A stretch of DNA of 64,000 nt from Myxococcota bacterium (GTDB lineage Bacteria > Myxococcota_A > Polyangia > Nannocystales > Nannocystaceae): the NCBI GenBank assembly GCA_039028615.1, contig JBCCHT010000031.1, positions 32,001 through 96,000 of the forward strand, read 5' to 3'. Positions 30,601-40,800 of the stretch are shown one piece after another (position 1 is the stretch's first letter; each line of letters begins with the position of its first letter). Position numbers and translations under genes: made by a program. Below the pieces are notes generated by a model. The model saw only the letters and a program-made list of their open reading frames with translations, did not search any database and had not been told where the DNA came from.

Positions 30601-30844
30601 TGCGATCAGGCTCTACGTAGTATTTGGAGACGTTCCAGAGGGTCCAGTCGAGGACCCGCAGCTCCGTGGCGTCGTGGTCGGGGACCAGGCGGGCGTGCTT
30701 GCGCGGGTCCGTGCGCTGGGCCTGGGCGTAGGTGTCGCCCATGGCCGTCAGGCCCAAGGCGGCCAGCAGCGAGCCCACGACGATGATCGGTGCCGACGCT
30801 CGGCCGTGGGAGGGAAGCGGACGGCCGGAGGCGGGAGAAGTCAC
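27623..30844 (-). CDS. S41 tail-specific (C-terminal processing) protease with PDZ and C-terminal Ig-like domains (MXAN_5808-like)
   Basis: LDPHS, GSFGGLGIEVG (PDZ), ILDLRGNPGGLL, SASASEIVAGAL, SFGKGSVQ; C-terminal beta-sandwich repeats. Confidence 0.9.
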   Translation of the reverse strand: MTSPASGRPLPSHGRASAPIIVVGSLLAALGLTAMGDTYAQAQRTDPRKHARLVPDHDATELRVLDWTLWNVSKYYVEPDRIDPQAMTLGALEALEQDIAEVLVEPSDDGKTVLVRVGTAEQEFDIGEVEALWAVGPHVRAVFRFVNKHTTLDEDEQRKAEYAVVEGVLGTLDPHSNLLKPEDFEDMRASTKGSFGGLGIEVGMRDGAITVIRVIEDNPASQVDMRPGDRIVQIDAESTVTMSLNDAVGLLRGPAGTMVTVYVMRDGLQKPKPLEITRATIALDSVIGDVLRDTDEQGKERKVGLVQIPRNFSRNTGKELQAKLSEFEREGVEGVILDLRGNPGGLLNAAVEVADAFLSSGTIVATEGVASPRKESRASSRGDFPDLPVVVLIDQGSASASEIVAGALRNQGRAVLMGRRSFGKGSVQELRDRKVADKELALKLTVAQYLTPGDVSIQSVGVAPDIETLPVWISKDHVAYFGRQRFDLLREESLSAHLESDLVEERKRSPFALHFLDQGSLDPDDPSKKTDAQTRADAKRQAAPVRDSDKEQDLDKRTAMLLEDPEIRMARDLVAWAPTSRRDDLLEQMGEFVRDQKRSEHERITGSLAARDIDWTRGPKPGTGAPKLFMTVKSDKPSNTIKGGDKGTVEVTVENRGDGTAYQVRAITDSDYRYFDERELIFGRIDPGASKSFEIKLAVGENEISRTDRIDVHLFEQYGAILAKGSQTSIDISAEGLPRPQFAFGYQILDQPTKGTKIDGNGDGIWQVGERVRLRVNVTNKGEGEALDTWINLRNLSDEALFIHEGRERLERLPVGETKVIDLDAELRQRPRGGQTRVQLSVSDTKVGEAVSEKLLFPVAEVGEPVESVSRRSVITRDEVDLYASPLEGSRPVAHASAGQRFRVNGQTSTWLRLDLGDGGFAFVPNEACDDAKGKAKVGAHEPVLEVSPPKITLEGMVTQTEETSLHLSGVVADETRVQDMFITVANPSRDLFAKREKVFYEASATPSSGNLDFSADVPLTPGNNLIEIYAREDDDVVSVRRMWVLRTSGLAEARAGESEFKSNGQLKVDRLR

Positions 30845-31043
30845 ATTCGCAGTCTACCTTCGGGGTCGGACAGCGGCCACTTTGGCGGGCCCAGATGCCC
30901 TTTGCCGACCGTGGCCCCGCATCCAGCGTTGTTCGCGCGATCGGCCGCGTGAGGGAGCCCGGACTCGGTTGCTGCGGTGAAACATCCGAAGCCCGGGTGA
31001 CGGTGGTCGTGCGGTGGACGCCGGGATTACACTGCCGCAACGC

Positions 31044-32150
31044 ATGGCAAAGGCCAGCAAGCCCCGCACGCGCAAGAAGGCCAGCTCGAAGGGCGCCGCC
31101 CGCGAGCCCGAGCCGGTCGATGTCGAGGTCATCGAAGCCGCTCCCGCGGACGAAGAGCCCGACGAAGACGAGCTGGGGAGCGAGGCGCTGGCCGAGGTCG
31201 AGGTCAGCGAAGAAGACCTCGATGCCATCGCGACCGATCTGGCTCGTCGCGCCAAGGCGGCGCCGTCCGGCTCGACCGCGCTGGCCCGGCGCGACCCGAT
31301 GGCGGCCTACATGTCCGAGGTGCGTCAGCACCCGCTGCTGTCGCGCGAGGAAGAGTACGAGCTGGCCGTGCGCTGGGTGGAAAACGGCGACAAGGAGGCC
31401 GGTCGCAAGCTGGTGACCTCCAACCTCCGGCTCGTGGTGAAGATCGCCCACGAGTACCGCCGCGCCTATCACAACCTGCTCGACTTGGTGCAAGAGGGCA
31501 ACGTCGGCCTGGTGAAGGCGGTGCAGAAGTTCGACCCCTATCGCGGGGTCAAGCTCAGCACCTACTCCGGCTGGTGGATTCGGGCCTACATCCTCAAGTA
31601 CATCCTCAACAACTGGCGGCTGGTGAAGATCGGCACCACGCAAAACCAGCGCAAGTTGTTCTTCAACCTCCGCAAGCAGCGGGACGCCCTGACGGCGGCG
31701 GGCATCGATCCCACGCCCGAGCGCATCGCCAAGGAACTCGACGTCTCGCCCAAAGAGGTTCGCGAGATGGAGCGGCGCATGTCCGCCCCCGACGTCTCGC
31801 TCGACGCCCCGCTGGGCACCGACGATGGCGACGGCACTCGCACTCGGCTCGATCTCATCGAGGACGACTTCGCCGACCCCGAGGACAACGTCGACGCGGC
31901 CGAGTTCAAGAACCTGTTGCAAGACAAGCTCATGGCCTTCGGGGCCGACCTCGCCGGGCGCGAGCTCGAGATCTTCCGCGATCGCCTGATGGCCGAGGAG
32001 CCCGCGACGCTGCAAGACCTGGGTACGCGCTGGGGGGTCTCCCGCGAGCGGGCGCGCCAGCTCGAGAAGCGGCTGGTCCTGCGGTTGCGCGAGTACCTGA
32101 CCTCGCAGCTCGGCGACGCGGTCCAGATCGCGCTCGGCCACGACGTCTGA
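31044..32150 (+). CDS. RpoH (sigma-32)-family RNA polymerase sigma factor with an acidic N-terminal extension
   Basis: LVTSNLRLVVKIA, DLVQEGNVGL, RpoH box QRKLFFNLR and GVSRERARQLE. Confidence 0.92.
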   Translation: MAKASKPRTRKKASSKGAAREPEPVDVEVIEAAPADEEPDEDELGSEALAEVEVSEEDLDAIATDLARRAKAAPSGSTALARRDPMAAYMSEVRQHPLLSREEEYELAVRWVENGDKEAGRKLVTSNLRLVVKIAHEYRRAYHNLLDLVQEGNVGLVKAVQKFDPYRGVKLSTYSGWWIRAYILKYILNNWRLVKIGTTQNQRKLFFNLRKQRDALTAAGIDPTPERIAKELDVSPKEVREMERRMSAPDVSLDAPLGTDDGDGTRTRLDLIEDDFADPEDNVDAAEFKNLLQDKLMAFGADLAGRELEIFRDRLMAEEPATLQDLGTRWGVSRERARQLEKRLVLRLREYLTSQLGDAVQIALGHDV

Positions 32151-32176
32151 GCCGCGAGCGGGCGGGCTTCGAAACG

Positions 32177-32218
32177 AAGAGAACCGAGGCGTCGCAGGCG
32201 ACGGCTCGGTTCTCTTTT
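32177..32218. terminator. Probable bidirectional intrinsic terminator
   Basis: AAGAGAACCGAG...CTCGGTTCTCTT 12-bp inverted repeat plus an inner stem, followed by TTTT, between convergent genes. Confidence 0.75.
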
Positions 32219-32237
32219 GGCTGCGGGCGGTGACCGA

Positions 32238-33698
32238 CTAGAAGGTCAGCAGCACCCGGATGTAGCCGTGCAGGTCGGTCACGTCGTCGACGACGAAGCG
32301 ACGACCCACGTTGTCGACCACGTCGCGGCGCAGCGGGTTGACCTCGACGGTGCCCTCGTCGACGCGCTGGGGATCGGTGCCCGCCGCCGAGCTGGCGCTC
32401 GCGTCACCGCGGTTGGCGAAGGTGACGAAGTGACGGGTGTCGGTCGAGAACTTGGCGCCCAGGTTGATCCGAGCGTTCTTGCCCAGATGCAGGTTGAGGC
32501 CGGTGTCGAAGCCGAAGGTGCCGTAGTCCTGGAGGTCGGTGACGCCGCTGAAGGCCGCGCACGAGCTGCCGCCCGCGCCGACGTAGCCGGAGTCCCCGGG
32601 GTTGTCGGCGGCGAAGGCCAGGGCCGCGTCACGGTCACACTGATCGGACTGGGTGGGATCTTCGGAGCCGACCAGCGAGGGGCTGTCGGCCAGAAGCTCC
32701 CAGATCTCGCTGTAGCCGCGGCCGCCGTAGTGAAGGATGGCGCTACCGGAGAGGTAGACGGCGACCTTCATGCTCTTGGCCTTGCGCTCCCACGGCACGA
32801 TCTCGGTACCGAAGGTCATGCCCGCCGTGGACTGGGGCAGCACGTCGCCCTGCGCGCCCAGGTTGGACAGGTTCTGGAACTGGCTGCCCGAGGCCACGAC
32901 CGACTGACGCCAGTACGCGGTGAAGAACGGGTCGAGGAAGCGATAGCGACGCGACAGCGCGGTCCAGGCCCCGAGCTCGTGCACCCGACGGCCGACCCGC
33001 GAGTTGCCCTGGGGCGAGTTGTTGATGATGTCGCGGCTGAAGGTCATCGCCCGGCCCACGGCGAAGCGGCCTTCGAGACCGATCAGCCAGTTGGGCATGT
33101 GCGAGCGGGTTCGTTGGCTCAAGATGCCGTACTTGAGGCCGACGTGAAGCTGGTCGAGACCGCGTCGCACCGGACCGCGGAAGATGAGCTCGGTGGTGGA
33201 CCCGGTGAACTGGCCGAAGGGGTTGGCCGAGTTGGTCGCGTCGAAGCCCGAATCCGGGATGATCTGGTCCCGAATCGTGGTGCTGTTGTCCTTGTCGACG
33301 CAGTTGGCCGCCGCTTGGTCGCCGAACACACAGTCGTCGGGGCGCTGGTCGAAGGAGTAGTCGCGGGTGTCGCTGAGGATGACCGGCAGCGTCACGTAGA
33401 CGGCCAGGTCGTGCCACAGGCCGATCTCCATGGTCGGATACAGCGTGTGGCGCTGCTGTCGGTACAGCAGGTCCTTGACCAAGCGATTCGAGTCGTCGCC
33501 CGGCCCGGCGTTCCACTCGCGCAGAATGGCGGCCCGCTTGAAGTTGTAGTCGTAGGCGACCCCGAAGTGGATGTCGAAGGGGTTGTCGTCCTCGAAGGAG
33601 GAGGCAACCCGCGTGACCTCCGCTGCCTGAGCGTTCTGGCTCAGGCCGGCAGTGGCGACCAGTCCGAGCAGGGGGAGGAAGCGCAAGAGATTCCGCAT
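32238..33698 (-). CDS. Probable outer-membrane beta-barrel protein; N-terminus resembles GltA/GltB gliding proteins
   Basis: Sec signal (AQA-AE), AEVTRVASSFEDDNPFD start, amphipathic beta strands and C-terminal YIRVLLTF. The Glt similarity is from memory only. Confidence 0.65.
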   Translation of the reverse strand: MRNLLRFLPLLGLVATAGLSQNAQAAEVTRVASSFEDDNPFDIHFGVAYDYNFKRAAILREWNAGPGDDSNRLVKDLLYRQQRHTLYPTMEIGLWHDLAVYVTLPVILSDTRDYSFDQRPDDCVFGDQAAANCVDKDNSTTIRDQIIPDSGFDATNSANPFGQFTGSTTELIFRGPVRRGLDQLHVGLKYGILSQRTRSHMPNWLIGLEGRFAVGRAMTFSRDIINNSPQGNSRVGRRVHELGAWTALSRRYRFLDPFFTAYWRQSVVASGSQFQNLSNLGAQGDVLPQSTAGMTFGTEIVPWERKAKSMKVAVYLSGSAILHYGGRGYSEIWELLADSPSLVGSEDPTQSDQCDRDAALAFAADNPGDSGYVGAGGSSCAAFSGVTDLQDYGTFGFDTGLNLHLGKNARINLGAKFSTDTRHFVTFANRGDASASSAAGTDPQRVDEGTVEVNPLRRDVVDNVGRRFVVDDVTDLHGYIRVLLTF

Positions 33699-33724
33699 GC
33701 GGTTGACCTTCGGCGGCCCGCGGC

Positions 33725-33754
33725 ACGCTACCAGCGCACGGTCGGTTCCGTCAA
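33725..33754 (-). promoter_or_regulatory. Putative sigma-70 promoter of the beta-barrel gene
   Basis: Minus strand TTGACG, 18 bp, TAGCGT with TG extension, 26 nt upstream of ATG 33698. Confidence 0.4.
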
Positions 33755-33981
33755 TATTTCCCGTAGGATGGCCTCGTGGCGGCCGATGGAGGCGTTCCGC
33801 CGCCAAGAGCGCCCTTCGGCGGCCGAGAAGGACACGTGGGCTGAACCGCCCCAGCTGCGTTGCTTGCGCTAGCGATGGCCCCCAGGACGGAAAGTCCCCG
33901 CGTCACGGACACAAAACGCCGCGATGCGGGGACATGGAGGGGCCGATCTCCGGCCGAGCGAGGGCTGGCCGGCCTCGCGGC

Positions 33982-35523
33982 TCACGCCGTCGTCGGGGGA
34001 GCACCTTTGGTGGTGCTCTCCTCGGACGCGCTGCGCAGGCCCAGCTCCTTCATCTTGGACTGGAGGCTGCGGCGGCTGATCCCCAGCATCTTGGCCGATC
34101 GGGTGACGTTGTTGTCGGTGCGGGCCAGGGCCTCGGTGATGAGCTCGGTCTCCACCAGGCGCGAACCCTGCTTCACCGCTTCCTTGAGGTCGAGGTCGAG
34201 GGAGGACAGCGGGAGGCGGAGCAGCCGCTCGCCGTCGTCGAGCCGGCCCGAGCCGGAGTCGGAGGGATCGAGCGGGGCACCCGCGTCGCCCTCGGCTCCG
34301 GTCCCGTCGGCGCCGCGCCCCGAGGCGTCGGGCTCGAGGAAGGTGTCGGGCAGCGCGTCGCGCTCGATGGTGGGGCCCGACGCGAACAACACCATCCGCT
34401 CGACGAGGTTCTCGAGCTCGCGAATGTTGCCTGGCCACGGGTACTGCGAGAGCGTCTCGAGGGCCTCGGGGCTGAAGCCGGTGACCTGCTTGTCGAGTCG
34501 ATCGTTGCAGCGTCCGACGAAGTGCTCGATGAGCGCGGGCAGGTCCTCGATGCGATCGCGCAGCGAGGGCAGGTCGATGGGCACCACCGCGAGCCGGTAG
34601 TAGAGGTCTTCGCGGAAGCGGCCCGACTTGATGTCCGCCTCGAGGTTGCGGTTGCTCGCCGCGATGAGGCGAACGTCGACGCGGTTGGTCTTGGTTCCGC
34701 CGACGCGCTCGAACTCCGACTCTTGGATCGCGCGCAGCAGCTTGACCTGGATCTCCAGCGGAATCTCGCTGACCTCGTCGAGGAACAAGGTGCCGCCGTC
34801 GGCCAGCTCGAAGCGACCTTGGCGGCTCGAGACGGCGCCCGTGAACGCTCCGCGCTCGTGGCCGAAAAGCTCGCTCTCCGTCAGATCCTTGGGGATTGCG
34901 GCGCAATTGACCCGAATGAAGGGGGCCTCGCGACGGGGGGAGCCCAGGTGCAGCGCCCGGGCCACGAGCTCCTTGCCCGTCCCGCTCTCGCCTGCGATGA
35001 GCACGGTGGTGGGGCTGGCCGCGGCGGTGCGGACGATCTCGCGGACCCGCAGCATCTGCGGCGAGCTCCCGATCATGCCGACTTCTTCGCTCGGGTCCGA
35101 AGGCGTGGGCTCGGGCGTGACCTTGCCGACCGAGGCACCCGAGCGCGCTCGCGTGGCCAGGGCCTTGGCGAGCACGCGCTTGACCTGCTCGATCTCGAAG
35201 GGCTTCTCGAGATAGTCGAACGCACCAGCCTTCACCGCCTCGACCGCGGAGTCGACCGAGCCGTGGGCGGTCAGCAAGATGACCGGCAATTGCGGATCCT
35301 CTTGAGATAGCGCGCGCAACAATTCCATGCCGTCCATGCGCGGCATTCGAATGTCCGAGATCACGGCGTCGAAGGTGCCCGAGGGGCTCATTCGGATCCG
35401 GCCGAGGCCGGCCTCGCCATCGGGCTCGGCATGGACCTCGAACCCGGCCTGCTTGAGCAGTGCCCCGAGGACCTTGCGGATGTTGACCTCGTCGTCGACC
35501 AGGAGGATTCGTGCGGAGGGCAT
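33982..35523 (-). CDS. Sigma-54-dependent response regulator (REC-AAA+-HTH)
   Basis: [45 protein letters not shown] and a C-terminal HTH. Confidence 0.95.
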   Translation of the reverse strand: MPSARILLVDDEVNIRKVLGALLKQAGFEVHAEPDGEAGLGRIRMSPSGTFDAVISDIRMPRMDGMELLRALSQEDPQLPVILLTAHGSVDSAVEAVKAGAFDYLEKPFEIEQVKRVLAKALATRARSGASVGKVTPEPTPSDPSEEVGMIGSSPQMLRVREIVRTAAASPTTVLIAGESGTGKELVARALHLGSPRREAPFIRVNCAAIPKDLTESELFGHERGAFTGAVSSRQGRFELADGGTLFLDEVSEIPLEIQVKLLRAIQESEFERVGGTKTNRVDVRLIAASNRNLEADIKSGRFREDLYYRLAVVPIDLPSLRDRIEDLPALIEHFVGRCNDRLDKQVTGFSPEALETLSQYPWPGNIRELENLVERMVLFASGPTIERDALPDTFLEPDASGRGADGTGAEGDAGAPLDPSDSGSGRLDDGERLLRLPLSSLDLDLKEAVKQGSRLVETELITEALARTDNNVTRSAKMLGISRRSLQSKMKELGLRSASEESTTKGAPPTTA

Positions 35524-35531
35524 GAAGGCCG

Positions 35532-37706
35532 CTACGGTAGCGCAACCGGAGCGTCGGCAGGAGTCTCGGTGCCCGACTCTTCTTCGGGGGTCGGCTTCGA
35601 CGCGGATTTGGCCACCACGGGGATGCTGGTGCTCGACGCGTCCGGCTCGTCCAGCGGCAGCAGGACCGTGAACCGGGCCCCGTCATCCGCGCTCCGGCCG
35701 ACCTCGATGGCGCCGTGGTGGTTCTGCACGATACGCTGACTGATCGGTAGGCCGAGCCCCGTCCCCCCGCTCTTGGTCGTGTGGAAGGGGACGAAGATGT
35801 TGGTCATCGTCTGCTGAGACAGCCCGGGCCCGTTGTCACACACGTCCAGCGCTACGGCGTCGGCGCGCAGCAAGCCGCGGCGGCGAATCGACATGGAGAT
35901 CTCGATGGCGCCCTCGTCGTGGCCGCTGATGGCATCCAGGGCGTTGAGCACCAGGTTGAGCATCACCTGTCGCAGGGCGTCCTCGTCGCCCCGGATCATC
36001 GGGGCGGGGTCCGGCGATTCCCCTACGGTGATCGCCGCGCGCTGCTCCTCGGGGACCAGCCGGAGCGTCGCCGTGATCACGTCGCGGAGATCGACGGCCG
36101 CCATCTCCCCCTTGAACGGCCGCGAGTAGGTCAGGAACTGGCTGACCACGCGGTTGAGGCGGTCGACCTCCTCGAGAATGATGTCGAGGAACTCACGCGT
36201 CTGCTCATCCATGGCCTCCGCGCTGGGGCGCAGGACCTGGACCGCGCCCTTCATCGCGCCGAGCGGGTTGCGAATCTCGTGGGCCAGGCCGGCGGCCATC
36301 TCACCCAGGGCGGCCAGGCGCTCACGCTCCTTGCGGGCCTCGTAGACCGCCGAGTTCTGCACGGTGATGGCGGCCTGGGCCACCACGCCCTCGAACAGCT
36401 CGACCTCTTCGCGGGCGAAGGGCTCCACCAGGCGCTGGTCGTCGACGAACAGCGCGCCCAGCAGATCGGGGTCGTCGTCGGGCAGGCCCGGTCCCAGGAT
36501 CGGCAGGGCCAGGCTGGCCTCGAGCGTGGCCAGGGTCTCGAGCACGTCCTGGGCCTCGGCGCGCTCTTCCGGTCCCGCCCGCTCTTGCTCGCGCTCCAGC
36601 ACGTCGCGCAGCACGGTGCCCTGGGTCTGCATGCGCTCGAGCACGGGGCGGCGGGTGGCGAGGTCGAGCCGGGCCAGAGGGGCGGACGCGTCTTCGTCGG
36701 CGTGGGTCCAGCGCTGCAGCACCAGCGCCGTGCCCTCGCGATTGAGCAGATAGAGGCTGGCCCGGGTCAGTCGCCCCGAGGACTCGAGCGCCTCGATGAC
36801 CAGCCGGGCCATCTCCTGCACGTCGATGACGTTGAGCAGCCGCTGTCGCAGGCGCACCAGGATGCGGCGCAGCACGGGCCGGTCGTGGAACAGCCAGCCC
36901 TCGATCCGGTAGTCGATCTCGCGGCGGATGGGGTCGAGCAGGATCACCACCGCGAACGAGGCCACCGCCGCGTTGAACATGAACAGCGACAGGTCCTCGT
37001 CGATCCAGAACAGCAGGGCCGCATAGAGGATGGTGACCACCAGCACCAGGACGGTGAGGCTGAAGATCCGGGTCGCGATCTCGGGCAGGTCGAGCAATCG
37101 CTCCCGCCGCAGGGTCTGCTCCACAAAATATAGATAGACCGCGGTCACGATGGGGCCGAAGCCCGCCACCGGGAACACACCCAAGATCAGCGCCGCGATG
37201 CTGGCATAAAAGAGGTAGCGCAGCCGTGGGGCGAGGGCGGTCTGCTTGGCGGATCGCGAGGCCCACCACAGCCGCATGCTCGAAAACCACAGGCCGCCCA
37301 CCACGTAGACCGCCAGCGAGATCGGCACCACGTCCCACCACAGGTACTCGGTGACCGGCGGGTAGACGAGCGACACCGTCTGCGCCAAGACCAGGAAGAA
37401 GCCCAGCGTCGTGCGCAGGCCGCTGCCCGGCTGCCAGCGTCGGTTGCCCGAGTAGGGCACGAAGCTCACCAGCAGGCGGTCGGCCGACCACGGCAGCAGC
37501 AGGGCCACCGTCTGGCCGAACCACTTGAAGAACTCGACCTCCACGAACCCGTAGAAGAACCGGGCCAGGTGGTAAAAGCCGAGGTTGAAGCAGAACACCG
37601 CGAAGCGGACGTTCTGGCTGCGCCTGCGGTCGCGCAGCACCGCGCTCGTGCCGATGGCGAAGGCGACGGTCGCGGCCAATAGGGAGCTGAGACTCTCGCT
37701 ACCCAC
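35532..37706 (-). CDS. Membrane sensor histidine kinase (multi-TM, GAF-like, HisKA, HATPase)
   Basis: Several N-terminal TM helices, AGLAHEIRNPL H-box, NLVLNALDA, DNGPG, GTGLGL; 8 nt from the cognate regulator. Confidence 0.93.
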   Translation of the reverse strand: MGSESLSSLLAATVAFAIGTSAVLRDRRRSQNVRFAVFCFNLGFYHLARFFYGFVEVEFFKWFGQTVALLLPWSADRLLVSFVPYSGNRRWQPGSGLRTTLGFFLVLAQTVSLVYPPVTEYLWWDVVPISLAVYVVGGLWFSSMRLWWASRSAKQTALAPRLRYLFYASIAALILGVFPVAGFGPIVTAVYLYFVEQTLRRERLLDLPEIATRIFSLTVLVLVVTILYAALLFWIDEDLSLFMFNAAVASFAVVILLDPIRREIDYRIEGWLFHDRPVLRRILVRLRQRLLNVIDVQEMARLVIEALESSGRLTRASLYLLNREGTALVLQRWTHADEDASAPLARLDLATRRPVLERMQTQGTVLRDVLEREQERAGPEERAEAQDVLETLATLEASLALPILGPGLPDDDPDLLGALFVDDQRLVEPFAREEVELFEGVVAQAAITVQNSAVYEARKERERLAALGEMAAGLAHEIRNPLGAMKGAVQVLRPSAEAMDEQTREFLDIILEEVDRLNRVVSQFLTYSRPFKGEMAAVDLRDVITATLRLVPEEQRAAITVGESPDPAPMIRGDEDALRQVMLNLVLNALDAISGHDEGAIEISMSIRRRGLLRADAVALDVCDNGPGLSQQTMTNIFVPFHTTKSGGTGLGLPISQRIVQNHHGAIEVGRSADDGARFTVLLPLDEPDASSTSIPVVAKSASKPTPEEESGTETPADAPVALP

Positions 37707-37853
37707 GTTCGTCGGCCATCATACGCGGGCCCGTCGCGCCGCGAACCGGGTCTGTGCGTGCGCATCGGATGTGGCCGCAAACGTGCTCCTGCCCCGAGTT
37801 TTCGCGGGGACGGGGCGCGGGGGCGAAGGGGGATGCACGGTGGGCGCGGCGGC

Positions 37854-40800
37854 TCAGCCCCGGCTCCAGAACATCGAGTAGCGGCCGACCTTCGCCGCCC
37901 AGTCACACCAGGGGTCGATCGAGGCGGGGAGTTCGGGCTCGAGGCGTTGAAGGAGGTGGAGCAGGCGCTCGCGCTCGCGGGGAAGCGTCGCGCCGTGCAA
38001 GGGATCGCCGTCGGTCGATTGCGACGCGGCGGTGGGGTCGAGCAGGGCCACCGCTTCGGCCCATGTGGTTGGGGAGGGGCCCTTGGGCAAGTGGGCGTGG
38101 GCGAGGATCTGGAGGAAGCGGGCGCCGAGGCGGGGGAAGCCGACGTTGATCGCCAGCAGGACCGCGACCGCTCGATGTTCGCCGTTGCGATCGTCGAGGC
38201 GGAATGCCGCGTAGCGCTCGTCGGCGACCTCGCTGCGGAGTAGGCGATAGATGTTGATGAAGCGCTTGATGACCCGCGGGGTATTGAGGAAGGGGCGCAG
38301 GTGCGTGGTCATGAAGCGGCGCTCCCAAGGGTCGACGACGAAGCGGGTCAGCTTGGTCGGGGCGCGCCGGGTCTCGGGGGCTGGGGTCGCGACGAGGGCG
38401 TCGATGTCCACGCGGGCGTTGGAGTTCGCGTGGGCTCCCGCGGCGGCGAAGGCGGTGGAGGAGACCACGCCGCGGGTGGGCTCGGGCTCGGGTTCTTCGG
38501 GCTCGGGCTGTTCTTCGGTCTCGGCTTCTGTCTCTTCTTCGGGTTCGGGCTCAGGCTGCTCTTCCGCGGGGGCCGTCTCTTCTCCTGTGGGGGCCGTCTC
38601 GTCTGCCTCGGCCTCCGGTTCGGGCTCGGGCGTTTCGTGGCCGTGCCCCGCGTTCGAGCGTTCGGACTCGTCGGCGGGAGGGCTCGCCAGCTCACCGGGT
38701 ACCTTGATGTGGGCCTCGACGAGCTCGGCGAATCCTTCGTCCTCGATGCGCGGCAGGGTGAACGGGATCTGGAAGATCTTCTGCAGGTAGTCCTCGGCCG
38801 TCGCGGCGCCTTCGCCATCCGACGGAGCTTCGAGCAGGTGCTCGTAGCCTTGCTCGAGTGAGCGCGACAGCCAGCGCGCGTCGACCCCCACGACGACCAC
38901 GAACAGATCGTCGATCGCGAGCAGCAGGTGCACCGCCTGCAGGACCTCGACCACGCGATCGGCCGGGCAGCGGTCGAGGTCGTCGATATAGAGCACGATG
39001 CGATCGACCGACTCGTCGGGGTGGTCGTCTCGCCAGCCCTGAAGGGCCGCTTTGAGTTCGCTGAGGTCGCGACGCACCAGCGAGATGACGCCCTCGGACT
39101 GGCGGTAGAGGCTGTCTTCGGAGGTCTTTTCTTCGAGCAGATCGTAGACGACGCGGTCGGCCCTCAGCTCCTCGAGCTGTTCCTTCTTCTCGAGCAGTTG
39201 CTGTTCGAACAGGTCGCGGGCGATTTCTGCTTCCGCGACCTTCTCTTCGGCCTTCTCGTAGCGCTCGATCGCCGACTTCTGTTCGTCGGTGAGTTCTTCG
39301 AGGATCTCGTTGCGGAGCTCTGCGCCCTCCTTGCGGATCCCATCCAGGTACTGGACCACCGAAGAAACCCGCTTCAGACCGGCTCGCGATTTACCCACGA
39401 CGGCGGTGAAGAGCACGATGAACTGGGACATCACCGTGCCGACGGCGGAGATGTCGAACTCCTGTTCCAGCAGCCAGGGCAGGCCGACCACGGCGCCCAG
39501 CAGGAAGAAACCGATGATCCACTCGCCCCAGCTGTCGGGGGCCAGGGAGGCGACCAGCGAGCGGGTGGTGCCGACGGTGGTGTTCAGCTCTTCGCGCAGG
39601 CGCTTGGCGTCTTCGGGGGCGGCCAGCAGCGCGCCGAGCTGGTCCTCTTCGAGGTTGAGTTGTTTGAGGCCCTTTTCGATGAAGTCGCGCTTCAGCCCGA
39701 GTCGTTCGGCCGCGGCCTCCCAGACCTTCTTGTTGGTGAGTACGCCGCGGAGAGTATTCAGCTCGTCGCGGCGCGCTTGTTCGAGGCGCTCGATTTCCTT
39801 GCCTGCGTCCTCGAATTCCTTTTCTGCGGCTTTGAACTCCGCTTCGACCTTCTTGCGTTCTTCCTTGGACTCGCGCAGCTCCGCTCGTAGTCGCCTTCGG
39901 ATTTCCGCGGGGTCGTTGTTCACCCCCACGTTCAGGCTCTCGGCCAGGCCCTCGAAGATCCGCCCCGCGAGGCTGATCCACAGGGTGGTGTCCATGTAGT
40001 GCCAGGCGTTGAACTCGATCTGGCACACGCGGAGGCGGTCGGCGCCCGTGCGCTTTTGTTCTTCGGCGCGGATGGCCTCCTGCACGAGGCCCATGAAGTG
40101 GGACTTGCCCGCGCCCCAGTCACCGAACAGGCCGATGGCGAAGGGGGCCTTCATCTGGTCGGACGCGATGCCGCGGGCGAAGCGTTCCGCCTGGGCTTTG
40201 CGGTCGAGGTGGTCGTCGCCCGTCGCGGTGTCGGTCAGCCAGAGGCTGGTGTCGGTGGAAGGGCGGCGGCCGTCCACCGCGTCGAGGACTTGGCGGAGGA
40301 CGGTGATGTGGGCTTCGAGGTCGCCGGGGCGCAGGGCGTCGTAGTCGGCCTTGACGACGCCGGGCAGGGGGCGCTCGTGCCATTGCTCGCCGATCTCGGC
40401 GAAGAGGTCGGCGGTGGGGCCCTCGGGGGAGGATGGGAGGGCGATGATGGGCTTGAGTCGGCGTCGGGTCTCGCTCGCGAGTAGGTCCATCGGTTGGGCG
40501 TCGAGCACGACGACGGCGGCGGCTCGGTCGGCGTAGTCGATGCGCCAGTCTCGGGATTGCTGGGGGACGACGGGGGCGCGTTGGAGGAAGGGGGTGATCG
40601 TTTGGCCGTCGTGGACGATGACGATGTGGGGGTAGCGGCCGTTGTCGATCGAGTGCTGGACGAAGGCCTTGGCGGCGAACTCGTCTGCGCCTGCGCAGCC
40701 GCCGAGGATGAGGCCTACGGGGGACTCGGTTTCGGCGAGGGCTTTGCCTACGGCTTCGGCCCACTGTTGGGTGGTTTCGTCGGCGGCGGTGGTTCCGACG

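Noticed and set aside
27488..30952. 1,154-aa plus-strand ORF
   Set aside because: Antisense shadow of the S41 protease.
38470..38690. Short repeats (GGGGGCCGTCTC twice, EPEP codons) as a possible array
   Set aside because: They encode the Glu/Pro-rich linker of the KAP protein; no repeat-spacer structure.
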